A stretch of 64,000 nt of DNA from an uncultured SAR86 cluster bacterium (GCA_902514645.1 CABXRO010000002.1:11530-75529); one strand, 5' to 3'. Counted from the stretch's first letter, positions 1 to 9,563 are shown. Translations and numbers: made by a program. Notes: generated from the sequence alone by a model not told the origin.

Positions 1-618
1 GCAGGATGGATAATTGAAGAATGTCCGGCTTTTTTCTTAATGTTAGCTTATTTTCTGGTAGCTGGTGATTACACAAATCCAGTGCATATCATATTCACAG
101 TATTGTATTGCGGTCACTATTTCAATAGAAGTTTTATCTGGCCGATGCGAGCTCAATCAACAAATAAAAAAATGCCTTTAATGGTAGTTTTTTCTGCAAT
201 CGGCTTTAATTTTATAAATGTATTTTTTCAAGGTACTTGGATTTTTCTTCTTAGCGATTACAGTTATGGCTGGCTTACAACTATTCCATTCTATATTGGA
301 TTATTAGTATTTTTTCTAGGTTTTTACATCAATGTTAGATCAGACGAAATCATGATTAATTTGCGAAAAGAAAAAGGAGATGGCTATCACATCCCCGAAG
401 GCTTTCTATTTAGTAAAGTTAGTAATCCAAATTATCTTGGAGAATTTATTGAATGGCTGGGCTGGGCAATTATGACTTGGAGTTGGGCAGGATTGGTCTT
501 TTTTTTATGGACCGTTTGTAATTTATTTCCCAGAGCAATTTCAAACCATAATTGGTATAAAAATAAATTTGAAGATTATCCTGGGAATCGAAAAGCTGTA
601 ATTCCAAATATCATTTAA
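1..618 (+). CDS. Steroid 5-alpha-reductase / DUF1295-type polytopic membrane oxidoreductase (5' end cut by window edge)
   Basis: The frame is open from nt 1 (AGWIIEECPAFF precedes the Met at 40). It has several hydrophobic spans. The C-terminal block NPNYLGEFIEWLGWAI...HNWYKNKFEDYP is typical of the 3-oxo-5-alpha-steroid 4-dehydrogenase C-terminal domain family. Confidence 0.7.
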   Translation, partial: AGWIIEECPAFFLMLAYFLVAGDYTNPVHIIFTVLYCGHYFNRSFIWPMRAQSTNKKMPLMVVFSAIGFNFINVFFQGTWIFLLSDYSYGWLTTIPFYIGLLVFFLGFYINVRSDEIMINLRKEKGDGYHIPEGFLFSKVSNPNYLGEFIEWLGWAIMTWSWAGLVFFLWTVCNLFPRAISNHNWYKNKFEDYPGNRKAVIPNII

Positions 619-663
619 TAACTTCAAAAGCTCTTTTAGGTATAATCTCCTAGAAGGGAAAAA

Positions 664-1065
664 ATGACTAAAGTTATTCGCTATTCGTTAGGATTGATGT
701 TTGTCTTTTTTATTACTATGTCTTTCTTCATGATTTTTATTCCTGATGCTATTTTAGTTCTTCCAGGATCCAGCTGGACGATTGAACAAATGGCAGAATG
801 GCGCTTGCGTACATTATTGCCTGCTTTTTATTTAACCATTTGTTATTTTATCTATCGCTATTTTTCCGGTAGAAATCCAACCTCAACCATTTGGCCGATC
901 TTAATAATTATCTTTTTCTTTATGATGACGCAAATAATTAGTTTATTTAATAATTATTTCAGTTGGATACAGTTTCTCTCTTTATTAATTACTATAATAG
1001 TATTTTTATTGCTAAGAGAAGCCCATAATCGGCGTAAAAATGAAATTTTTAATAAACCTTTGTAG
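664..1065 (+). CDS. Hypothetical small integral membrane protein (about 4 TM)
   Basis: 133-aa ORF co-directional with its neighbours and strongly hydrophobic. No family recognised. Confidence 0.5.
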   Translation: MTKVIRYSLGLMFVFFITMSFFMIFIPDAILVLPGSSWTIEQMAEWRLRTLLPAFYLTICYFIYRYFSGRNPTSTIWPILIIIFFFMMTQIISLFNNYFSWIQFLSLLITIIVFLLLREAHNRRKNEIFNKPL

Positions 1066-1073
1066 ATACCTTC

Positions 1074-1361
1074 ATGCTGGAAAGAATTGATTTTTTAATA
1101 AAGTGGTATTTAAGGTTAGTTGCCTTGATATGGATATTATTTGTACCGATCCTGTATTTAACCACTCACATTTCAGGCTCTGAAATGACCTCTTTAAGTA
1201 TTTTTTTTAATGCTATCTTTGAATGGGCTTTTTTAGTTCCTTTCGGTTACGAACAGACTGTGCCTGAGCAATTTGCTCCAATAATAAGACTATTTTATTG
1301 GTCCTTCTGGATAGTTACTGTTTCACGTTGGATCATAAGTGGAAGGCATTTTTATCAATAA
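1074..1361 (+). CDS. Hypothetical small membrane protein (about 3 TM)
   Basis: 95-aa hydrophobic ORF starting 8 nt after the previous stop. No family recognised. Confidence 0.4.
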   Translation: MLERIDFLIKWYLRLVALIWILFVPILYLTTHISGSEMTSLSIFFNAIFEWAFLVPFGYEQTVPEQFAPIIRLFYWSFWIVTVSRWIISGRHFYQ

Positions 1362-1461
1362 AATTTTTACGCCAAAAAGGATTAGAAATAATAGACCTAC
1401 AGTTATCAAAGAAATCCTTAACAGCTTAATTGTTTATAGAATGAAAAAAAAGGAGGAATCA

Positions 1462-1854
1462 ATGAAAAAAACGTTATTTAGATCAGGTCCATATGCAGAT
1501 CTTTTTTCTCAAGGTGTATTAGTTGGTAATATTTTGACCTTGGCAGGCCAATTAGGAGATAGTCCTGACGGGGTCGTTCCAACTTCTATTCAGGGACAGA
1601 TGGAAAATTGTTATAAAAATATCGAACTTGTTTTAAAAGAGTTTGGCGGATCTTTGGCGAACGTGATCGACGAAACATGGTTTGTAACTAATGTAGAGGA
1701 ATGCATGACTAATGTAGAGGATATTTTTAGTTCAAGAGAAAAAATTTATGGATGCAAACCCGAAGTCTCGCAAACTTTAGTAGGTGTTTCAGCTCTGGTA
1801 GATGCCAAATATAAAATAGAAATAAAATGCATAGCTTATTTAGATAATAAATAA
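1462..1854 (+). CDS. RidA/YjgF/L-PSP family enamine/imine deaminase
   Basis: The track ORF starts at 1339, but AGGAGG (1451-1456) lies 5 nt upstream of the ATG at 1462. MKKTLFRSGPYADLFSQGVLVGNILTLAGQLG... and the C-terminal VGVSALVDAKYKIEIKCIA fit the RidA fold family. Confidence 0.8.
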   Translation: MKKTLFRSGPYADLFSQGVLVGNILTLAGQLGDSPDGVVPTSIQGQMENCYKNIELVLKEFGGSLANVIDETWFVTNVEECMTNVEDIFSSREKIYGCKPEVSQTLVGVSALVDAKYKIEIKCIAYLDNK

Positions 1855-1856
1855 AA

Positions 1857-2075
1857 ATGGGCGGATACGATTTTATGGTTGTCCTTTGGATTATTTTTAT
1901 AGTCGTTGGTTTATTACGTATTAAAGATGATTACAGAGATTTCACGAATACAAAGGACAAGATGTTAATCTCCTTAGGTGCAAAATTGTCTATGTTTACA
2001 GGTGGAATTGCCATGACACTATTTGGAATAGGAGGTCTCGTGTATCTTCTTTCTAATCCTGGTTTATTCTCTTGA
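1857..2075 (+). CDS. Hypothetical small 2-TM membrane protein
   Basis: 72-aa ORF starting 2 nt after the RidA stop, with two hydrophobic helices. No family recognised. Confidence 0.4.
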   Translation: MGGYDFMVVLWIIFIVVGLLRIKDDYRDFTNTKDKMLISLGAKLSMFTGGIAMTLFGIGGLVYLLSNPGLFS

Positions 2076-2169
2076 AATAAATTTTTGTTGACGAATAACC
2101 AGAGACAAAAAAATTTCATATATTAAAAAAAAGGCAAAGATGTATAATCACTTTTAATTTTTGAAATTT

Positions 2170-2244
<75 letters not shown>

Positions 2245-2246
2245 GC

Positions 2247-3557
2247 TTAATATTCTTTAAACAAGTAACCTGTAGTTAAATGCACAAATGCTTTGACTCC
2301 AGTATCAAGGGATTCATCGCTAACAACAAAAAAAGGAGAATGGTTACCGGCTACTTTAGTCCAATCCTTGCCTGCCTCTGTAACTCCTAAAAAGAAAAAG
2401 AAACCCGGTACTTGTTGAGCATAATAAGAAAAATCTTCAGCTCCAGTAGATCGATCAGTTCTGACCAAAAATTCTTTTCTATCGACAACTTTTTCAAGAA
2501 CTGGAAGGACTCTTTTAGTGAGATCAGGATCATTAATAGTTACAGGATAATTATTTCCATTTGGAATAATAACCTCAGCACTTCCTCCATTCATTTCGGC
2601 AGTACTTTTAGCAATAGTCGTCATTTCCTCAATAATTTTCTCTCTCATTTTAGGATCATAAGTACGCACAGTACCTTCCATAATAACTTCATCGGGAATA
2701 ATGTTACTTCGCACTCCACCGTGAATACTTCCAACTGTTACTACAGCAGGTAAGTTTCTTATATCCAGCTTTCGGGAGACTATTGTATTGAAGGCGCTAA
2801 CAATCTGAGAGCTTATCATGATGGGATCAACACCAGCCCAAGGCGCAGAACCATGTGCTTGCTTTCCTTTAATGATTATTTTCCAAGAGTCAGCTGCTGC
2901 CATTGTTGGCCCCTCTCTGTAGGCAATAACACCGTCAGGAGCGGGGTTTACATGCAATCCAAATACAACATCAGGTTTATTCTTTTTGAAAATACCCTCT
3001 TTGAGCATCAACTTAGCTCCACCTTCTTCACCAACTGGAGGACCTTCCTCGGCAGGCTGAAAGATAAACATGATGCTTCCCACTAGTTTATCTTGATGTT
3101 TTGAAAAAAATTCTGCTACTCCCATTAAGATTGCCATGTGAGCATCATGCCCACAGGCATGCATCACTCCAACATCTAAACCATTAAAGGTTGAGCGTTC
3201 TTTTGATGCAAAAGGCAATCCGGTTTGCTCGACCACAGGCAAAGCATCCATGTCAGCTCTTAGAGCAACCATAGGACCTGGTTTTGAACCTTTTAAGATT
3301 GCGATTAAGCCTGTTTTAGCAATACCTGTTTCTACCTCTAATCCTAAAGATTTAAGATGTTTTTCAATATATTTTGCTGTTTTAAACTCTCTGTTTGAAA
3401 GCTCAGGGTGCTGATGTAAATGTTGGCGCCATTCTGTAACTTTTTTTAATAAACTCTCAGACTCTAAATCAACTTGATTTACAAAAAAATCTGAAGAACC
3501 TAACAAAGATAAAGAAAAATTAAGCGAACAAATGATAAGAAATAATTTAAAGATCAT
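2247..3557 (-). CDS. M20D-family amidohydrolase (N-acyl-amino-acid/hippurate hydrolase type), secreted or periplasmic
   Basis: MHACGHDAH metal-binding motif and FQPAEEG. The N-terminus is signal-peptide-like. 436 aa. Confidence 0.85.
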   Translation of the reverse strand: MIFKLFLIICSLNFSLSLLGSSDFFVNQVDLESESLLKKVTEWRQHLHQHPELSNREFKTAKYIEKHLKSLGLEVETGIAKTGLIAILKGSKPGPMVALRADMDALPVVEQTGLPFASKERSTFNGLDVGVMHACGHDAHMAILMGVAEFFSKHQDKLVGSIMFIFQPAEEGPPVGEEGGAKLMLKEGIFKKNKPDVVFGLHVNPAPDGVIAYREGPTMAAADSWKIIIKGKQAHGSAPWAGVDPIMISSQIVSAFNTIVSRKLDIRNLPAVVTVGSIHGGVRSNIIPDEVIMEGTVRTYDPKMREKIIEEMTTIAKSTAEMNGGSAEVIIPNGNNYPVTINDPDLTKRVLPVLEKVVDRKEFLVRTDRSTGAEDFSYYAQQVPGFFFFLGVTEAGKDWTKVAGNHSPFFVVSDESLDTGVKAFVHLTTGYLFKEY

Positions 3558-4207
3558 TTTAATACCTGATCTGCAACATAAGGATTTGTTAATCTTTCTT
3601 GACCAAAAGTTGAAATAGGGCCATGACCAGGAACAAATGTTACATCATTACCTAATGGCCAAAGTTTGTCTTTGATTGCATCTAATAGATGTTGAGTATT
3701 ACCGCCAGGTAAATCCGTACGTCCAATTGAACCTTGAAATAAAACATCCCCTACAATTGCTAATTTTGATTCAGGATGATGAAAAATTACATGTCCCGGA
3801 GTGTGCCCGGGGCAATGATAAACATCTAGTTTTTCACCATCAATAACAATTTGATCTCCTTCATCTAGCCAACGGTTAGGTTCAAAGTTTTTAGCTGATT
3901 CGAGCCCAAAACGTTTACCTTGCTCTTCCAATGATTTAACCAAAAAATCATCAGCAATATGGGGACCTTCAATATCTATATTATATTTTTTAGCAAGTTC
4001 ATAGGCTCCCCCAGCATGATCAAGATGGCCATGAGTAATAAAAACCTTAGTAAGAGTGAGTTCCTGCTTTTCTAAAAAGTTTTCGATTCTTGGAAGATCC
4101 CCTCCTGGATCCGTAACTACTGCTATATGGGAAGATTCTTTCCAAATAACACAAGAATTCTGCTCAAGTGGAGTTACAGGGATAATTGCTGCTTTTAATG
4201 TAGCCAT
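3554..4207 (-). CDS. MBL-fold metallo-hydrolase (glyoxalase II-like)
   Basis: THGHLDHAGG (HxHxDH) motif. 217 aa. It overlaps the downstream M20 gene by 4 nt. Confidence 0.85.
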   Translation of the reverse strand: MATLKAAIIPVTPLEQNSCVIWKESSHIAVVTDPGGDLPRIENFLEKQELTLTKVFITHGHLDHAGGAYELAKKYNIDIEGPHIADDFLVKSLEEQGKRFGLESAKNFEPNRWLDEGDQIVIDGEKLDVYHCPGHTPGHVIFHHPESKLAIVGDVLFQGSIGRTDLPGGNTQHLLDAIKDKLWPLGNDVTFVPGHGPISTFGQERLTNPYVADQVLK

Positions 4208-4237
4208 AAATTTAAAAACCTGACATTATTATAACTC

Positions 4238-5224
4238 ATGAATTTTGAACTTTTAGACGGAAACAATTTAAAGATAAGAGCATTGGTAGAAGGTGATGGC
4301 CCTTTAGTAGTCTTAGTTCATGGTTGGCCAGAAAGTTGGTACAGCTGGCGCCATCAAATTAAACCCTTAGTTAAAGCTGGATTCAAAGTTGCAGCAATAG
4401 ATGTACGTGGATATGGTGGATCTGATAAACCTTATGAAATTGCTGCTTATAGTTTAAAAAATATTGCAGCAGATATAGCTGGAGTTATTGATTCTTTAGG
4501 TTATAAAGAAGCATATTTATTCGGTCACGATTGGGGTGGTCCGATTGTTTGGACTACAGGACTTCTTTATCAGGATACAATCAAAGCAGTAGGATCTCTT
4601 TCAGTGCCTTACACTCCGATTGGAGAAAAATCTTTAATTCAATTGTTTAGAGAACTTTATAAAGATAAGTTCTTTTATCAATTGTATATTCAAAAAGAGG
4701 GTATTGCCGAAGCAGAGTTTGAAGCAGATGTTCGTAAAGCTCTAGAAATAACTTATTTCAGTGGAGATGGCAGAGGGATGCAGTTCATGTTGGAGAACCT
4801 AGGTAATCCTGCCTATCAAAAGACTCCCGACTCCAAAATGTTAGAAAATTCTCCTAGATTTGATTCTTACCCTGAGTGGCTTACTCAAGAAGATATGAAC
4901 TACTTTATAGGAGAATTTGAACAAAGTGGCTTTCGAGGCCCTTTTAACAGATATCGCGCACAAGACATTGATTTTTCGGAATTGCAAGAATTTAAAAATG
5001 TTTCTTACCCTTTACCCGCTTGTTTCATTACGGGTACTTTAGATCCAGTGAATTTCTTTGCAAGAGATGAGAGCGCTTCGGAGGAAGATATTCTCAAGGC
5101 TTTCACGAAGAATTACGACGATCTGCGAAAAGTTGAGATTTTAGATGGTATTGGTCATTGGACCCAACAAGAAAATCCAGAAGCAGTAACCGCTCACATG
5201 ATAGACTTTCTAACAAATATTTAA
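4238..5224 (+). CDS. Alpha/beta hydrolase, epoxide-hydrolase-like
   Basis: HGWPESWYSWRHQ oxyanion region, GHDWGG nucleophile elbow (Asp nucleophile type), and a C-terminal GHWTQQE. Confidence 0.85.
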   Translation: MNFELLDGNNLKIRALVEGDGPLVVLVHGWPESWYSWRHQIKPLVKAGFKVAAIDVRGYGGSDKPYEIAAYSLKNIAADIAGVIDSLGYKEAYLFGHDWGGPIVWTTGLLYQDTIKAVGSLSVPYTPIGEKSLIQLFRELYKDKFFYQLYIQKEGIAEAEFEADVRKALEITYFSGDGRGMQFMLENLGNPAYQKTPDSKMLENSPRFDSYPEWLTQEDMNYFIGEFEQSGFRGPFNRYRAQDIDFSELQEFKNVSYPLPACFITGTLDPVNFFARDESASEEDILKAFTKNYDDLRKVEILDGIGHWTQQENPEAVTAHMIDFLTNI

Positions 5225-5242
5225 ACATTACGGAGAACGAAT

Positions 5243-5626
5243 ATGACATCTAAATTACAAGGTTATTCGACTATAGGAACCAATAACAAAGAAGCTGCTG
5301 AAGCTTTCTATGATGGCCTGTTTGCTCAAATAAACGCAATAAAATTTCCAGCAAACGACAGGATTACAATGTGGATGTCTGAAGATGGAAGTAAAGTAGT
5401 ACTGGCTATAGCTATACCTTATGACGGCAAAACTGCCTCTCATGGTAATGGTACTATGAAAGCAATTCCTCTCGATTCACACGAAGCAGTTGATGAAATG
5501 TATGCCAAAGCAATGGAATTAGGTGCTACAGATGATGGCGAGCCTGGTCCTAGGGCAGGGAACTTCTACGGTTCTTATGTCTACGATTTGGATGGCAATA
5601 AACTTTGTTTTTTTAACTTTACTTAG
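5243..5626 (+). CDS. VOC (glyoxalase/bleomycin-resistance fold) family protein
   Basis: 127 aa. The composition and the C-terminal YVYDLDGNKLCF beta-strand motif are typical of VOC proteins. Confidence 0.6.
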   Translation: MTSKLQGYSTIGTNNKEAAEAFYDGLFAQINAIKFPANDRITMWMSEDGSKVVLAIAIPYDGKTASHGNGTMKAIPLDSHEAVDEMYAKAMELGATDDGEPGPRAGNFYGSYVYDLDGNKLCFFNFT

Positions 5627-5638
5627 AGCTCTAAATAA

Positions 5639-7210
5639 TTATTTCCGTCCTAATTTTTTATTAGCATAAAAAACAAGAACAACAAATAAAAAAACAGCAG
5701 CCAACTGGTATTTAAAGGCTTGAATTAGTATCCAAATAAATATGAGGATACTTGACACTAAAGAAGGAGGACTACTCAACTCGTAATTTCCATCCATCCA
5801 GGGAGTACCTAATTCAATACCTCCCTGCCGATCGTCACCATGCAAATATGCATGCGCAGGATTCATGTCACCAACTACATCTCTCTCGATATACGAAGTG
5901 ATTGTTTTTTTCATTGCATTAAATATTTCGACTTCTTCTTCAGATAGGTCATTTTTTTCAAAAGGATCTTCAATTATATTGAATAATTGATAAGAAGGTG
6001 AAATCGGAAGTAAAACAGGTTTTGCAGAATAAAGTTTCCATTGATCATTGAATAATGCTCTTTCATCGGAAATCACTCTTGATCCAATAAATGCATTTTT
6101 TGGAGGAACAATTTGTCTAGTAATTAAATTTGACCATTTATCGTCACCATCAAACTTATCAATTTCAGAAGTTTTGATATTTGCAGCAGCCAATAAAGTT
6201 GGAAGCACATCTTGAACAAAGAAAAATTGTTCAGATTTTTCTTTCTCAATAACACCTTTCCACCATATAACAGCGGGAACTCTTATTCCACCTTCCATTG
6301 CAGAGGTTTTACTACCACTTAAGCCGGCGGTACTACCTTTTGCATTAATTAAATTTGGTGCAATAACTTTTACAATAGGATTGATATCAAAAACAGGCCC
6401 ATTATCACTAAAAAAGAGAATGATGGTTTCCTCTAATAAATTTTCTGCTTGAATTGTTTTGATAATCCTACCTATCTCTTTATCCAATGCATTAACATTT
6501 GCTGCATATAGCTGGTCTTTTTCATCTTCCAAATAAGAAAATTTTTCTATACTTTCAAGTGGCGCTTCAATTGGAGTATGCGGAGCATTAAAAGCTACAT
6601 ATAAAAACAAAGGACGACTTTGATCTTTATTTTTAATTATATTTATCGCCTCATTCGCAATTAATTCAGTCGAATAGCCTTCTTCCTTTAAAGTACTTTC
6701 GTTTCTATGCCAATCCAATCGACCTGCTGCTGTATGATCAAAATATCCAATCCCACCTGTCATGTGACCATAACTTGTTTCAAAACCTCTATTCGTTGGC
6801 CAAAATTCCTCTTTTGCCGTTCCTAAATGCCATTTCCCAGATAAGGCTGTTTGATAACCAACTTCTTTAAAATATTGTGGCATGATCTTTAATTCAGGAG
6901 GCATGCCCGTCTGCTCAGCTGCTGGATTCATGAACGGTCTGACAACTCCGTGATTGAAGATATTTAAGCCAGTAAGTAAGGAAGCTCTAGTGGGACTGCA
7001 AACAGGGTTAGAATAAAATCTATTCAATTCCATTCCGTCCTTAGCCAATTGATCGATGTTAGGAGTCGGAATATAACTCCCATGGTATGAAACATCTCCC
7101 CATCCAAGATCGTCTGTAAGAATGATAACCACATTGGGTTTATCTGTAGCCATCAAATTTATAGAAAAAAAGATGAAAAACAGAAGATAGTGAATATTCT
7201 TTCTCTCCAT
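5639..7210 (-). CDS. Arylsulfatase (Cys-type formylglycine sulfatase) with signal peptide and hydrophobic C-terminal tail
   Basis: VVIILTDDLGWGD, CSPTRASLLTG (C-x-P-x-R FGly motif) and GKWHLG. The C-terminus has two hydrophobic segments followed by NKKLGRK. Confidence 0.9.
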   Translation of the reverse strand: MERKNIHYLLFFIFFSINLMATDKPNVVIILTDDLGWGDVSYHGSYIPTPNIDQLAKDGMELNRFYSNPVCSPTRASLLTGLNIFNHGVVRPFMNPAAEQTGMPPELKIMPQYFKEVGYQTALSGKWHLGTAKEEFWPTNRGFETSYGHMTGGIGYFDHTAAGRLDWHRNESTLKEEGYSTELIANEAINIIKNKDQSRPLFLYVAFNAPHTPIEAPLESIEKFSYLEDEKDQLYAANVNALDKEIGRIIKTIQAENLLEETIILFFSDNGPVFDINPIVKVIAPNLINAKGSTAGLSGSKTSAMEGGIRVPAVIWWKGVIEKEKSEQFFFVQDVLPTLLAAANIKTSEIDKFDGDDKWSNLITRQIVPPKNAFIGSRVISDERALFNDQWKLYSAKPVLLPISPSYQLFNIIEDPFEKNDLSEEEVEIFNAMKKTITSYIERDVVGDMNPAHAYLHGDDRQGGIELGTPWMDGNYELSSPPSLVSSILIFIWILIQAFKYQLAAVFLFVVLVFYANKKLGRK

Positions 7211-7223
7211 AACTCAGAATAAT

Positions 7224-8387
7224 TTATTTTAGAGCTTGCTCAATGTCCTCAACCAAATCATCTAAAGATTCTAAGCCAACTGATAACCTTACAAGCCCAT
7301 CAGAAATCCCAATCTTTTCTCTGCGGTCTTTGGGCAATGAAGCATGGGTCATTAAAGCGGGATGCTCAATTAAACTTTCCACTCCACCAAGACTTTCGGC
7401 TAGAGCAAAAATTTCAGTTCTCTCTAGAAAACTTTTTGATTTTTCCAAACCACCCTTGATATTCATTGAAATTATGCCGCCAAAACCATTCATTTGTTTT
7501 GATGCCAGATCATGCTGCGGATGATTTGTGAGTCCAGGATAAATTACTTCTGAAATTTCTTTGTGACTTTCAAAATGCTTAGCAATGGCTAGAGCATTTT
7601 CACAATGTCGTTCCATTCTCACTGCAAGAGTTTTTAAACTTCTGAGAATTAAATAACTATCAAAAGCACCAGTAATTGGTCCTAAAGAATTTACAATATT
7701 TGCCATTCTCGAAACTAAAGCGTCATCTTTTTTACCAATGACCAAGGCTCCTGCTATCAAATCAGAGTGACCGCCTAAATATTTAGTGGCAGAATGCAAA
7801 ACAATATCGATGCCATGATTTAATGGTTGTTGTACATAGGGCGAAGCAAACGTATTGTCACACACGCTTAAGATATTCTCCGCTTTGGCAAAGTCAGTAA
7901 TTGCCGATAGATCTACAACTCTCAGTAAAGGATTGGTTGGCGTTTCAACAAATATCATTTTTGTTTTATCCGTTTTTGCTTCAATGACGTTTTGCATGTC
8001 AGTCATATCGACGTAAGTTACTTCGATACCTTGTGAGAGCGTTTTGATTTCATTAAAAAGACGAACTGTTCCGCCGTAGAGATCGTTCATAGCAATCACG
8101 TGATCACCAGGGGAAAGTAATTCAACACAAGCAGAAATAGCAGCAACACCAGATGAAAATCCAAAACCAACTTCACCATTTTCAAGACTTGCTATACATT
8201 CTTCAAAAGCCTTTCTGGTGGGATTAATCGAGCGAGAGTAATCAAAACCTTTGTGTACTCCAGGACTTTCTTGTTCAAAAGTTGAGGATGTATAAATAGG
8301 CATCATCACTGCACCTGTGGTTGGATCAGCTTTTTGACCAGCATGTATTGCTCTGGTTTCAAAACCTTCTTTATTTTTTTTACTCAT
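7224..8387 (-). CDS. Cys/Met-metabolism PLP enzyme, cystathionine gamma-lyase/gamma-synthase family
   Basis: HSATKYLGGHSD PLP-lysine motif. 387 aa, colinear with the MetB/MetC/CGL family. Confidence 0.9.
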   Translation of the reverse strand: MSKKNKEGFETRAIHAGQKADPTTGAVMMPIYTSSTFEQESPGVHKGFDYSRSINPTRKAFEECIASLENGEVGFGFSSGVAAISACVELLSPGDHVIAMNDLYGGTVRLFNEIKTLSQGIEVTYVDMTDMQNVIEAKTDKTKMIFVETPTNPLLRVVDLSAITDFAKAENILSVCDNTFASPYVQQPLNHGIDIVLHSATKYLGGHSDLIAGALVIGKKDDALVSRMANIVNSLGPITGAFDSYLILRSLKTLAVRMERHCENALAIAKHFESHKEISEVIYPGLTNHPQHDLASKQMNGFGGIISMNIKGGLEKSKSFLERTEIFALAESLGGVESLIEHPALMTHASLPKDRREKIGISDGLVRLSVGLESLDDLVEDIEQALK

Positions 8388-8392
8388 GATCG

Positions 8393-9370
8393 TTAGTCAA
8401 TTAATTCATTCTCTCTTAACCAATCTTTATTGAAAGCCTTAGATAAATATTTATTACCGGTATCGCATATCAATGTTACTACTTTTTTTGGTTCTGTTTG
8501 TTTTTGACACCACTTTATAGCTGCATCCACTAATGTTCCACAAGAAGTCCCAGCTAAAATGCCTTCCTTTGTAAGCAGTTCATCAACTCTTGCAAAAGCA
8601 TCTTTGTCGGAGACGTAAATTCCCTCATCTATGATATCTAAATTTAAATTATCAGGAATATAGTCTTCACCAATACCTTCCACAAGCCATGAACCACCTT
8701 CGTATTTATAATTTCCAGTATTTACCGCATCTGCAACGACTGACCCAATTGGGTCTGCAATGACTATTTGAATATCTTTTTTTTGCGCTTTTAAGTATTT
8801 TCCTACACCACTGATAGTACCTCCAGTTCCCACTCCAGCAACGAAGGCATCAACATCACCATCCATTTGCGACCAAATTTCAGGCCCGGTTGTAGTTTCA
8901 TGTACAAGAGGATTGGCTGGATTGCTGAATTGATCAGCAAAAAAAGAACCGGGAGTTTTCTTTACAATAGCAGCTGCCATTTCTTGATAATGTTCTGGAT
9001 GGCCTTTCTCAACATCAGAACGAGTAAAAACAATTTCAACTCCCATGGCTTCTAAATGCATCACCTTTTCTTGACTCATTTTATCTGGAATGACTAAGAT
9101 CAAGTCATAGCCTTTCAACTTTGCAGCCAAAGCCAAACCCAAGCCAGTATTTCCTGCAGTACACTCAACGATTGTGCCTCCAGATTTTAGAGCACCGCTT
9201 TTTTCAGCTTCTTCGATAATCTTAATACCTACTCGGTCTTTGATGGAGCCACCTGGATTTAGATTTTCAAGTTTTACGTATAACTCGCAGGGCCCAGTAT
9301 CAATGTTATTAATTTTAACAACTGGTGTGTTGCCTACCATTTCTAGGAGATTGTTAAAATTATTCTTCAT
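8393..9370 (-). CDS. Cystathionine beta-synthase / cysteine synthase family PLP enzyme (no Bateman domains)
   Basis: NPGGSIKDR PLP-lysine motif and a GTGGTISG loop. I prefer Met25 (MKNNFNNLLEMVGNTPVVK) as the start because that is where family N-termini begin. The track start at 9442 remains possible. Confidence 0.8.
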   Translation of the reverse strand: MKNNFNNLLEMVGNTPVVKINNIDTGPCELYVKLENLNPGGSIKDRVGIKIIEEAEKSGALKSGGTIVECTAGNTGLGLALAAKLKGYDLILVIPDKMSQEKVMHLEAMGVEIVFTRSDVEKGHPEHYQEMAAAIVKKTPGSFFADQFSNPANPLVHETTTGPEIWSQMDGDVDAFVAGVGTGGTISGVGKYLKAQKKDIQIVIADPIGSVVADAVNTGNYKYEGGSWLVEGIGEDYIPDNLNLDIIDEGIYVSDKDAFARVDELLTKEGILAGTSCGTLVDAAIKWCQKQTEPKKVVTLICDTGNKYLSKAFNKDWLRENELID

Positions 9371-9547
9371 CTTTTTTAACTTTTTTTCTGTCGTATTTTG
9401 TTTTGTCCTTAAACACAGAAGCTCTGTTAAATTTGGCTGCATTTTTAGCGACCGGATTTAATCTTTTTTTCTTTTGTTTGTCCTTTTCTTTTGACACTTA
9501 AAATTGTGTTTTATTCGAATAGATTAACGATCGAAATTTTTAAAATC

Positions 9548-9563
9548 CAAGCTATTTTGCTTG
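9548..9563 (-). terminator. Weak candidate intrinsic terminator after the DsbA-like gene
   Basis: On the minus strand, CAAGC-AAAATA-GCTTG is followed by GATTTTTAAAAATTT directly after the TAG stop at 9569-9567. The stem is only 5 bp. Confidence 0.2.

Noticed and set aside
1339-1461. N-terminal 41-codon extension of the RidA ORF in the track (MEGIFINKIF...), which overlaps the 1074-1361 ORF.
   Set aside because: AGGAGG lies 5 nt upstream of ATG 1462, and the RidA family starts near MKKTLF. The extension is basic, low-complexity read-through of the intergenic region.
2412-2753. 113-aa plus-strand ORF (and 2853-3086) antisense to the M20 amidohydrolase.
   Set aside because: It lies wholly inside a strongly supported conserved gene on the other strand. 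The Ser/Ile/Phe/Asn-rich low-complexity translation is typical of antisense frames in AT-rich DNA.
5623-5634. Perfect 12-bp palindrome TTAGAGCTCTAA between the convergent VOC and sulfatase genes, considered as a bidirectional terminator.
   Set aside because: It has no loop and an effective stem of only about 4 bp, and no flanking T-run. It includes the VOC gene's own TAG stop, so it is probably coincidental.
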